A DNA stretch of 32,000 nt, taken from contig CP064964.1 in the NCBI GenBank assembly GCA_016699205.1, positions 690,001 through 722,000 on the forward strand, written 5' to 3'. The notes under the pieces were generated by a model, which had not been told where the DNA came from, made no database searches, and was given only the letters and a program-made list of their open reading frames with translations. Below, piece by piece: positions 1 through 10,200 of this stretch; positions within the stretch are counted from its first letter, which is position 1, and every line of letters starts with the position of its first letter. The translations under genes were made by a program, and so were the position numbers. The stretch comes from Candidatus Saccharimonadota bacterium (GTDB taxonomy: Bacteria > Patescibacteriota > Patescibacteriia > 2-12-FULL-60-25).

Positions 1-3000
1 GGCAAGCAGATCGCCGTACATAATGGGATTACAGCCATTTATGACGGTGAACTTATTACCTCGTCTCAGCTTGTCTATAATATTTCTGACCCGGTGGTTC
101 CGGTAAATATTGCAAATATTCTTGCTGCAAATGATGTAGGAGATCTTGTATTTAAAAATGATTACCTTTACCAGGTTGGCGCAACGATTAACGTGTACGA
201 CATATCAAGTCCATCAAGTCTTGAGCTCGTTGCGACATCTACTGGTAATGCGCCTTATGCCGCTTTTCTCTCAGGTGGTTATCTCTATGTTACTCGAGAT
301 GCGAGATTGGCTATTTATGATATTTCTGATGCTACGCGTCTAACTGAACTAGGGACCGCGCAGCTCCCGTGTACTCTTTGTCTTGTTGGCAGCAACCAGA
401 CGAATGGCTTGTATGTGAAAGAGCGCTATGCATACATGACGGATATTGGAACCGATAATTTTTATATTATCGATGTAAGTGATCCGTATTCACCGACGCA
501 TACTTCCTATATTTCGGGTTTTAGTAATCCTCAAGGTGTCGTTGCAGAAGGGAACTATGCTTATATGGTTGAAAGCGGCTCCAATGAACTTACTATCATT
601 AACATCGCCTCTTCAACGGAGCCTTTTGTTGCTCGTTCCGTGCCATCGAGTCAGTCTGCACCTACTGAGGTCGCACTTTCAGGCAACTATCTCTATGTCG
701 GAGGCTCGACAGGAGTAGCGGTTTTTGATGTTTCAAGCTCCACTAATCCATTCTTAGTGACAACGCTTGCATCGGGTAGTGTTCAAGATATGCAGGTTGA
801 GGGCAATCAGTTACATGTTGGTACAGCAAGCGCCTATTTCATCTATGAGATGCCAAGTATTACTGCCCCCGCCATGCTCGTCGGTTCCGTCCAGGCAGGC
901 ACAGGTTTGATTGAAAATGACTTCACGATCGGCAATCAGCTGTATGTCGGTGGAGGCATTCATGCCGGAGGCAGCATCATGGCACGCGGTTCCATCAGTG
1001 CCTCTGATATCGATGTTTCCGGATTTGGTTCCGCAACAGCCGTACGTACCGTCCGTGTTGCCAGCCAATCAGTATATGCCGCCGGCGACTATGTCTATAC
1101 GACGAATGATGCGAGTACGCGCGTCCATCAGATTTCTATTGCCAACCCAGAGTTCGCAACCAATACGGCGGCTGGCGTGCTTTCCTCTGCAAGCGGACGC
1201 GACTTGTTTGTGGCTGGCGGCTATCTCTATGTCGCTCAAGGCACCAACGGCCTTGCGATCTTCAGTACGGAGAATGCTACCGGCGTTCTCAGACAGATCA
1301 GTACAACCACCGGTCTTGGAACGGCTCATGAGGTATTTGTCTCCGGCCGCTATGCATATATTGCTGCGCTTGGTACGGGTGTGGAAGTGGTTGATGTCGG
1401 CAATCCGTATACTCCTGTCCTGAAGGAGACCTTTGATGGCAGCGGTACGAATTCCTCCCAAGGCGTTTATCTCCAGGACCGCTATCTCTATGTCGGTGAT
1501 GGTGCTGACGGTTTGCGTATTCTTGATGCCTCGGATCCGGTCGATCTCCGCCAGATCGGTATTCTTAATACGGCCGGTTCTGCAGAAAAGGTGTTCGTGT
1601 CAGAAGGCATCGCTTATGTCACGGATGATACCAACGGTCTTGTGATCGTCGATGTCTCCAACCCGGCAAGCCCTCGACTGCTCTCAACGGTTCCCCCGAT
1701 TTCTAGTGGAAATATTTCCAATGTCACGAAAGCAGGTGACTATCTGTATGTGACATCGGATACGGGTTTGGGCAGCGTTGATAACTTCCGTGTCTTTGAT
1801 GTTTCGAGTTCCACGCGTCCGGTTCTTGTGTGGGGCTTCAATGGTCCGGGGTCTCCGGCTGGGGTGGATGTGAAGGGACGCTATGCGTATGTCGGTGATG
1901 GCGAGCTCTTGCATGTGATCCGTTTACCGGGTGTTGACGCTCCTTCTGCGAATATCGGCTCTTTGTTTACGGGTCAATTGAATGTGGCCGAAGGTGCTGA
2001 TATCGGCAGCTATCTCAATGTGAAGACGGGGCTCAGTGTCGGCAATGGCGGTATTCAGGTTCAGGGTCCTTCCACGATCACTGGTTCTTCCACGGATGCT
2101 ATCCTCCGCGTTCGCAATGCCTACAACTCAAGTACCACGCCATATACGGCATGGGGTATCTTGGTTGATTCGATTGCTGTTTCACCTTCTTTCAACGTTC
2201 CTCCAGCTAACCGTGATTCTTGGTCGATGTATATCGATTATTCTTCTTCATCCAACCGTGGCGGTCTCTGTGTTGATGATGCAATCACTGGCGGCGGTTG
2301 TCCGATTTCCAACATTGGCGGCCGCTCGATCATGACGGATGCAGGTATCACGGCGAATGCCTTTGACTTGGCTGAGCGTTACTCGGTATCTGGTACGGCT
2401 GAAGGCGGAGATCTCCTTGTTCTTGAAACATCGACATCTACGATGGTTACGAAGCATTCGGGCACGATGTATGATCCGAAACTCATCGGTATCGTCTCCT
2501 TGAATCCTGGATTTGAACTCGGCTGGTTCAATCCTTCCAGTACCGATGTCGCTGTTGCCCTTACGGGCCGCGTTCCGACCAAGATCTCGATGAACAATGG
2601 TCCGGTTCAGATTGGCGATCCTCTTACGTCTTCCGATGTCCCTGGCTATGCCATGAAGGCGACGAAGCCGGGTATGATTATTGGTCACGCGCTTCAGAGC
2701 GTGTCTGCTACGGGTACGGCTGAAGTATTTGTTGCTGTCGGGTATTGGGCGGGATCTATTTTAGCAACGGATGGCACAATTACCACGATTCATGACGATC
2801 TCACGATCACCGCTTCCGTATCTGCTACTGATTTAAACCCGACTTCCGATTCATGGGGCCTTACTTTCCGTGGTGAGGCTTGGGATGCATCTTCAACATC
2901 GGTTGTAGCCTCATCTTTTACGCTGTTGACGGATATTCTTTCTGCAACAACTTCGCGCTTTAGTATTCGGTCAACATCAGGAACGGATTTGCTTTCGATC

Positions 3001-4065
3001 GACCAGGTAGGAAATGCCTCTGTTGCAGGTAGTTTGTCAGTTGCAGGTAAGTTTTATCCTTCCTCTAAAGGCGGGGGGCTACAAGATGATTGGTATGTAT
3101 TTGTCGATGATACATCATCGACGGCTGCATATATTTCAACCAATGCAGAAGGTTGGCAGAGTATGGATACGTATGATTTTGCGGAGCGCTATTACTCACC
3201 GGATTCACTTGAGCCGGGTGATGTGGTCATCGTTTCCGATTCAGGACGCATGCATGTACAGCGCTCAATGAACGATAAGGCTATGGTATTGGGTATCGTA
3301 TCGACTCGTCCTGCGTTTATTGCGGGACGTCCGGCAACATCGACATATCCAATCGCGCTTTCTGGCCGTGTACCGACCAAGGTTTCTGGTATGAACGGTG
3401 CTGTTAAGGCAGGTGATCCGTTGGCTCCGACATCGATTCCTGGAGTTGTTGCTAAGGCAATTCATACAGGACCGATCGTTGGTTTGGCCTTGGAAGATTA
3501 CGATCAGACGAATGTCGGTAGTATTGAGGTGTTTGTGAATCCGGGTTGGTGGACCAATCAAGCCGAGACAAATCAGGAAACGATTATCAATAATACGGTT
3601 ATTAATAACGTTACTTCAGGTGTGACGCGTCGCGGTGTCGGTATGATCGTTGCTGGCTCAAAGCGCGTACATATCAGCTTTGACTCGATCGGCGCCTATC
3701 CGTTTGTACAGGTCACACCGCGTGGCTTGATTCAGGGTAATTGGGGTACGGATGGATATAGCGATACGGGTTTCGATATCTTGATGTCAGCTGAACAGAC
3801 ATTCGATGCTTACTTCTCATGGCAGGTGGAGCCGTTACAGGGAAGTGATCGATTGAATTTATCGGACGGCACATCTGCAGACATTGATCCTGTGACGGGT
3901 TTACCTTTTGGTTTTACGACACCAACAACGACGGAATCGATTATTGAGGAGTCTCCGATGACGACTTCGACTGAAGCTTTGTCGGGAAGCGAATCGACCT
4001 CCACTGATTCTGTTACTGGGTCAACAGATTCAGAGGCATCCGCAACATCAAGTGAAGCGATCTAG
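1..4065 (+). CDS. Giant surface/secreted repeat protein, 5'-truncated by the window edge. It has at least 12 LVIVD-type beta-propeller repeats, the conserved C-terminal cassette and a Ser/Thr/Glu-rich tail.
   Basis: The ORF track gives 94..4065, but frame 1 is open from nt 1 (GKQIAVHNGITAIYDGEL...), so the gene enters from upstream. It has recurrent G-x-YAYV...GL-x-I/V-x-DVS-x-P-x-x-P units, e.g. GLVIVDVSNPASPRL at 1636-1680. The last ~600 aa (from ~2260) are paralogous to 10151-11745. Confidence 0.85.
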   Translation, partial: GKQIAVHNGITAIYDGELITSSQLVYNISDPVVPVNIANILAANDVGDLVFKNDYLYQVGATINVYDISSPSSLELVATSTGNAPYAAFLSGGYLYVTRDARLAIYDISDATRLTELGTAQLPCTLCLVGSNQTNGLYVKERYAYMTDIGTDNFYIIDVSDPYSPTHTSYISGFSNPQGVVAEGNYAYMVESGSNELTIINIASSTEPFVARSVPSSQSAPTEVALSGNYLYVGGSTGVAVFDVSSSTNPFLVTTLASGSVQDMQVEGNQLHVGTASAYFIYEMPSITAPAMLVGSVQAGTGLIENDFTIGNQLYVGGGIHAGGSIMARGSISASDIDVSGFGSATAVRTVRVASQSVYAAGDYVYTTNDASTRVHQISIANPEFATNTAAGVLSSASGRDLFVAGGYLYVAQGTNGLAIFSTENATGVLRQISTTTGLGTAHEVFVSGRYAYIAALGTGVEVVDVGNPYTPVLKETFDGSGTNSSQGVYLQDRYLYVGDGADGLRILDASDPVDLRQIGILNTAGSAEKVFVSEGIAYVTDDTNGLVIVDVSNPASPRLLSTVPPISSGNISNVTKAGDYLYVTSDTGLGSVDNFRVFDVSSSTRPVLVWGFNGPGSPAGVDVKGRYAYVGDGELLHVIRLPGVDAPSANIGSLFTGQLNVAEGADIGSYLNVKTGLSVGNGGIQVQGPSTITGSSTDAILRVRNAYNSSTTPYTAWGILVDSIAVSPSFNVPPANRDSWSMYIDYSSSSNRGGLCVDDAITGGGCPISNIGGRSIMTDAGITANAFDLAERYSVSGTAEGGDLLVLETSTSTMVTKHSGTMYDPKLIGIVSLNPGFELGWFNPSSTDVAVALTGRVPTKISMNNGPVQIGDPLTSSDVPGYAMKATKPGMIIGHALQSVSATGTAEVFVAVGYWAGSILATDGTITTIHDDLTITASVSATDLNPTSDSWGLTFRGEAWDASSTSVVASSFTLLTDILSATTSRFSIRSTSGTDLLSIDQVGNASVAGSLSVAGKFYPSSKGGGLQDDWYVFVDDTSSTAAYISTNAEGWQSMDTYDFAERYYSPDSLEPGDVVIVSDSGRMHVQRSMNDKAMVLGIVSTRPAFIAGRPATSTYPIALSGRVPTKVSGMNGAVKAGDPLAPTSIPGVVAKAIHTGPIVGLALEDYDQTNVGSIEVFVNPGWWTNQAETNQETIINNTVINNVTSGVTRRGVGMIVAGSKRVHISFDSIGAYPFVQVTPRGLIQGNWGTDGYSDTGFDILMSAEQTFDAYFSWQVEPLQGSDRLNLSDGTSADIDPVTGLPFGFTTPTTTESIIEESPMTTSTEALSGSESTSTDSVTGSTDSEASATSSEAI

Positions 4066-4241
4066 TCTGGGTAGTTTGAAATTGCGTGTACACAGTTGGA
4101 CACAGGTTATCCACATAGTGAAGATAATATAGGTAACGTAGAAAATTATCGTTTACCTTTTGTTTTAGCTAACTTTCGTCTCATTGATTAATTAATCATA
4201 CAATTGAAGTAGGCTAAGAGTTCACACTTTTGGTCATCGAC

Positions 4242-7200
4242 ATGCCCCGTTCCCTTCGTCCTTTTTTGATCGCTCTCACCCTCCTTCTCGGTGGGTTGTT
4301 TCTGTCTTCCTCGGCTGTCTTGGCTGCTCCTCAAATCAACAATCAGATCAACTATCAAGCTCGCCTCATGGATAGCTCGGGCTTCCCAGTGGCTGATGGA
4401 AACTACTCCGTCTATCTTTCGTTATACGACGCATCGACAGCAGGTACTCGTCTTTGGACAGCGACCGGTACCTTGGCGACTCCAACGCCGCTCACCGTGA
4501 ATGTCCAGAATGGTCTCTTCACCGTTCTTCTTGGCGATACGTCTGCTGCAGGGGGAAGTCAGAACACGCTCGATACCGTGAACTGGAACTCCGACCAGCT
4601 CTACCTTGGCGTCACTATCAACGCTGATGCTGAAATGAGCCCTCGAAAGCGCTTTGCTTCTGCTCCTCAGGCTTTCAATGCCAGACAATTGCAGGGGATG
4701 TATGCCTCGAGTACGGCATCGGGGGGGCAAACACTCTTCACCCTCAATCAAACCCAGAACGATGCCGCTACGGGAACCCGTTCCACTCTCGATGTTCGAT
4801 CCAATGGAACCTCTAACTCCAATGACTTCTTGATTCGAGGCATCAATGATGCAAACGCGGTCGTCTTTTCCATCAATCGCCAAGGATCAGTCACGTCTAC
4901 CAATGTTTTTGTCAGTGGCCTGACAAGTTCCACCAACCTGAACGCCAACATCGCTTCCTTTGCGACCGCAACCGTTGCCGGACAGGGGATTTGTCTCTCC
5001 AATGGACTGTTCTGTTCCACGGGATCAGTCGCTGAAGCCGATACGCTTCAGACCGTATCCAATCGCGGAAGCTTTACCACCACCACCCTTACCTTGTTTG
5101 GCGGGCTTACAGCTTCCAACATCACAGCGACGGGTACTCTTAACGTGACGGGAGTCTCTACTCTTGCTGGAGTTACGTTTACGAATGCGACGGCGACAAG
5201 CGTTACAAGTACCAATGTGTTTGGTGTAAATGGTGCCTTTACAAATCTGACAGTGGATAGTCTGGGTGTCGTTGGCATCACATGGACGAACGCGACAGGT
5301 ACGAACACCACTTCAACAAATCTTTTTGCTTCGAATCTTTTGTTTTCGAATGCCGCTGGTGGAACACTGCTTGCGACGACGGTTTCTACAACCAACCTTA
5401 CTGTTACCGGTCAGCTCGTCTGTTTGGCTGATGGAACGAATTGTCCGTCAGGAACCTCGCCGAATCTCCAGACGGTGACGAATGCCGGCAATACGACCAC
5501 CAACGCGATCCAGTTTGCTGGAGGCACCTCGACGGGAAGCTTTGTTTTTAATGCGACCGCGACCGTCAGCGGAACGCTTGTCTCATTGTCGGTTACTACA
5601 ACTGATCTTTTCGCGAATAACGCTTTTTTTGCAACAGCAACCGTTTCCGGTCAGGCCGTTTGTCTTGCAAATGGTGTTGGTTGTCCAATCGGTACCGTGC
5701 TTAACGATACGCTTCAATCTGTCACGGCTCGCGGTTCCTTTACGACCACCACCGCCCAGTTCTTTGGCGGGTTTGTGGCTGCAAGCTCGAGTGTGACGGG
5801 GACGTTGAATGTTGCGGGAAGCGCTAACCTGCTTCAGAACGCCTATGTTGGTACTTCTACATATTCTGGAGGTCTAAACTCGCTGTTTGCTGCAGACGGC
5901 AATGATTTATTTGTTGCAGGAAGCATTGGTTCGGTTTCATCGATCTATACGAATGGGTCGTTTGTCGCCGGTAGCTCGTCAACTATCTATGCCGATGGTT
6001 CAATTACAAAGACAAACGGAATACTTGAAATTCAAGCTTTTAGCTCGCTTACAGGAGATTATGGTGATCTAGGTTTGCGAGCTGGCGATGGGATCGTTGG
6101 TTTAGAGGATGGTGGCGCTGCATTTATGACGGCTGGCGACGGCGCTTCTGGTGGTGATGGTGGTTGGGCGCAGGTTTTTGCTGGAAATAGCGGTACATCG
6201 AGCGGTGATCTCGCGGGAACGGCCGCCTTGGTAGGTGGCAGCGGTGTTGGTCTTGGTGATGGCGGAGATGTGTTGCTTCAATCTGGCGGTGCAAATAATG
6301 GTGTTGCAGGGGACATTCAGCTTAATGCTGGAAGTGATAGTACTGGCTTTGATCAATCAGGGTCTATCTATCTTCGCCCGGGCATTTCTTCTGCTGCCAG
6401 TTCCTTGAATGATGCTGCTACGTTTGTGATGATTCAAGATGCAAATAATACAGACATCACGGCACAGTTGCGTTTTGGTGAGCTTGCAGGTTCTAACGAT
6501 GATTTTGTTGGTTTTAGAGCTGCAAATACTCTTGCATCAAGTACGATTTGGATTCTGCCGCAGTTTACCGGTGCATCCGGTACTGTGATTGCGACGGATG
6601 GAAATAATCAACTCTATTTCTCAAGCGTCTGTCTCACGGATGGCACCAATTGTCCGGCTTCTTCTGGCCTCGACACCCTCCAATCGGTCACGGCTCGCGG
6701 CAGCTTCACGACCACTACGGCCCAGTTCTTTGGTGGATTCGTCGCAGCTTCATCCTCGGTCACAGGTACCTTTGTCGTCGTCGGTTCTACCTCGCTCCGC
6801 AATGTCGACTTCACAACGGCTACCGGTACTTCGGTCACCACGACTAACCTCTTTGCGACATTGGGTGGCTTTACGACCGCTACGGCAACCAATGCGAATA
6901 TCAACATTCTCTCTGCGGCAACCGGTACGGTTTCTAACCTCAACTTCCGCAATGCGACTGGTACGTTCCTGTTTGCCTCAACAGGTACGTTCGCAACAGT
7001 CACTTCATCGTTCTTGTATGCCAATACGGCTAACTTTGCCACAGCTACCGTTTCCGGTGTCGGTATCTGTTTGAGCAATGGCGTTGGCTGTCCGGCAAGC
7101 GGTTCCTCTAATGACACCCTCCAGTCGGTCACCGCACGCGGCAGCTTCACGACTACCACGGCCCAGTTCTTTGGCGGCTTTGTGGCAGCTTCCTCTTCTG

Positions 7201-10200
7201 TCACAGGAACCTTTGCTGTTGCCGGAACAAGCACCCTTTTGCGCGATGTCTATGTCGGTACCTCTACCTACGATGTTTTCCTGAACTCCGACTTTGTCCT
7301 CGATGGCAATGATCTGTTTGCCGCCGACAATATTGGTTCGGTTTCCTCGATCTTCTCCAATGGCATGCTTGTTACCGGAGAAACCGGTCCTACCTTGTTT
7401 GGAGACGGATTCATCAATCAGACCGATGGCGCGCTCGTTATTTCGGCTGACAGCGCATTCCTGACCCAGCCTTCCATCAGCATTATCGCCGGTGATGTTA
7501 CTTCTGGTCTTGCCGGTGACGTGAATATCCTGGCTGGCAACGGTCTTGGCGGAAACCCAGCTGGAAATATCTATCTCACGCCTGGTGACTCCCTTGGACA
7601 GCCGGGACATCTCTATCTCAATGCTGCAGGCACTTCCAATCAACCGCAATTCCGCTTTGAATCCATCGGTGGAGGCATGGTGAGCTTAGAGGCTCCGAAT
7701 ACCGCTAACACCGAGAACTTTGTCCTTCCATTTGCGGATGGCGCTTCTTCTACCGTCATTGGTACCAATGGCTTCGGAGGTCTCACCTTTGTCTCTGTTT
7801 GTTTGACGGATGGCACCAACTGTCCGGCTTCTTCTGGTGTAGCTGACCTTAACTGGACCTTCAACCTCGCTGGAGATTTTGCGCGAAACGCGACTGCAAC
7901 GACCGATATCGCTATCGGCTCTTCTACCCTAGGCAATGCTCCGTTTGTTTTCCTTAACAATACAACCACTTCACGCTTCCTGATCGGTCAGAACTCCTCG
8001 ACCGGAGCCGGAGCTGATCTCGTGATTGGGGCCACGACGGCTAGCGGCATGAACACCGCCTTCCAGCTCACGGGCGATGATCTCTTTGTGGCTGGCAATA
8101 TCGGGTCTGCTTCCAGCGTGTATACCAATGGCGCTTTTATTGCTGGACCTGGATCGACCCATTACGGCAATGGTTATATCAACAAGAATGATGGATCGCT
8201 GACGCTCTCAGCAAGCCTTGGTATTGTTGCTTCAAGTCGCCTTGATGCTCGCTATCTAAATCGCTGGTTTCTTTCGCCGCTCTTGAAGACGGCTGTGAAT
8301 GGCGGCAAGAGTGTTCGTGTTCCTGTCGGTAACTCTCCTACAAACGCTGCTTTTGATGGCAGCCATATGTGGGTTGTGAATGCTGCTTCTAACAACGTTT
8401 CCAAGATTGATATTACGACCAATACCGTTGTTGCGACGACGACGGTTGGAACAAATCCTGTTGATATTGCTTTTGACGGTACGTACATGTGGGTGGTCAA
8501 CCAATCTTTTGGCAACGTTTCCAAGATTGATATTACGACCAATACCGTTGTTGCGACGACGACGGTAGGAGCAGGTCCTAATGCTGTTGCCTTTGATGGA
8601 ACACACATGTGGGTAGCTAACACAGGCTCTAACAACGTTTCCAAGATTGATATTACGACCAATACCGTTGTTGCGACGACGACGGTTGGAACAGGTCCTA
8701 GCGGCATTGCGTTTGATGGCACCCATATGTGGGTTGCTAATACTACTTCCGCTAATGCTAACAAGATTGAGATCGTAAGTAATACCGTTGTTGCGACGAC
8801 GACGGTAGGAACTGGTGCTTTAGGTATCGCGTTTGATGGCAGCCATATGTGGGTTGCGAATCAAACACAAGATACCATCTCTAAAATTGATATCACGGCT
8901 AATACCGTTGTTGCGACGATGACTGGAACGTCTCCTAATAGTCTCGCGTTTGATGGCACCCATATGTGGGTGACGAAGGGTATCGCAGCTGATGTTATAA
9001 AGATTGATGTTAATACCAACGCTGCTGTTGTCGTTACATCAACAAATGGAGTAGCTGCAAACGGCATTGCGTTTGATGGCACCCATATGTGGGTGACGAA
9101 CGGTGGTAACAATAATGTCATCAAGCTTCCTGTTGGTGGTGGGAATGGAGCAGATATGAACTTTGGCGTGAACCTCGTTCCTACGTCAAATGACACTTTC
9201 GATCTTGGTACGTCTGCGCTTGAATTTAGAAATGGTTTCTTTAGCGGAACCGTCTCTACGACCAATGTTACCGTCGGAGGATTCAATGTTTGTCTCTCTA
9301 ACGGTACGAATTGTCCAGCTTCAGGTACAGAGACGCTGCTTACGGTGTCGAATCGAGGCGCATTAGCGACAAGTACTCTTACGCTCTTTGGCGGGTTTGT
9401 AGCCGCAAGCTCAAGCGTAACCGGGACGTTGAGTGTGGGAGGGGCGCTCAATGTGACAGGAACCGTGAATATCTTGTTACCATCGACTTCAACGCCATTT
9501 TATATTGACGCTCCTGCTCCAACCGATTTTGAACTGTCACAGTTATTGTCGATTTCTACGACGGGATCGGAAGGATTTTTAATCGGTAATTTCAATCTCT
9601 TTGGTTCGGTTAATGCTACGCTGTTAAATTTTACGAAAGATTTGAATGATCCGGTCAATGCTGCCGGTTCGAGAATCTCCTATTATAACGAGTTCAATCA
9701 GATGTCTTTTGGAGTGAATGCCTCTGGTTCAAACGCAACGGTCTTAGAGTTAACTGATAATGATGCCATGTTAAACGGCTTCGGAGCGGAAGCAGCCATG
9801 ACGATCCGTAAATATACGGATACAAGAACGTCCTCGATGATTCATTTGTGGAACTTGGGTTCAAATTCCGGAGAAGTCACGGTTAATGTTGGTTCTAGTG
9901 ATCCAAATGATGTCGTGAATGCACAAATTGGAAGTATTTATTTCCGTCAAAACAGTACCGCTTCCGGCACGCAGGCTTATCTCAATAAGGGGTCGGCGAC
10001 AAGTTGGTATGGCATCGCAACATTAGACATGCTTCCTTCGTCATCGACATTCTCACAAACGCGGACATTCCTCGCGAACCGCACCACGAGCACCCTTGCT
10101 GAACCAAGTAATTTTACGATGACGATCGGTTACTCTTCTGCCACGACTTTTGGAGGTTTGTGTATCGATGATACGTTTAGCGGTACAGGCTGTCCTACGA

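Noticed and set aside
8252-8764. Two overlapping minus-strand ORFs (170 aa and 156 aa) with their own internal repeats
   Set aside because: They are antisense shadows of the 120-bp in-frame propeller repeats of the + strand giant gene. Their periodicity simply mirrors it, and the + strand frame has clear blade homology.
8394-8806. Regularly spaced identical repeats that superficially resemble a CRISPR array
   Set aside because: The repeats are 53 bp with a 120-bp period. They are in-frame inside a long ORF and encode a conserved propeller-blade peptide. There are no cas genes and no leader.
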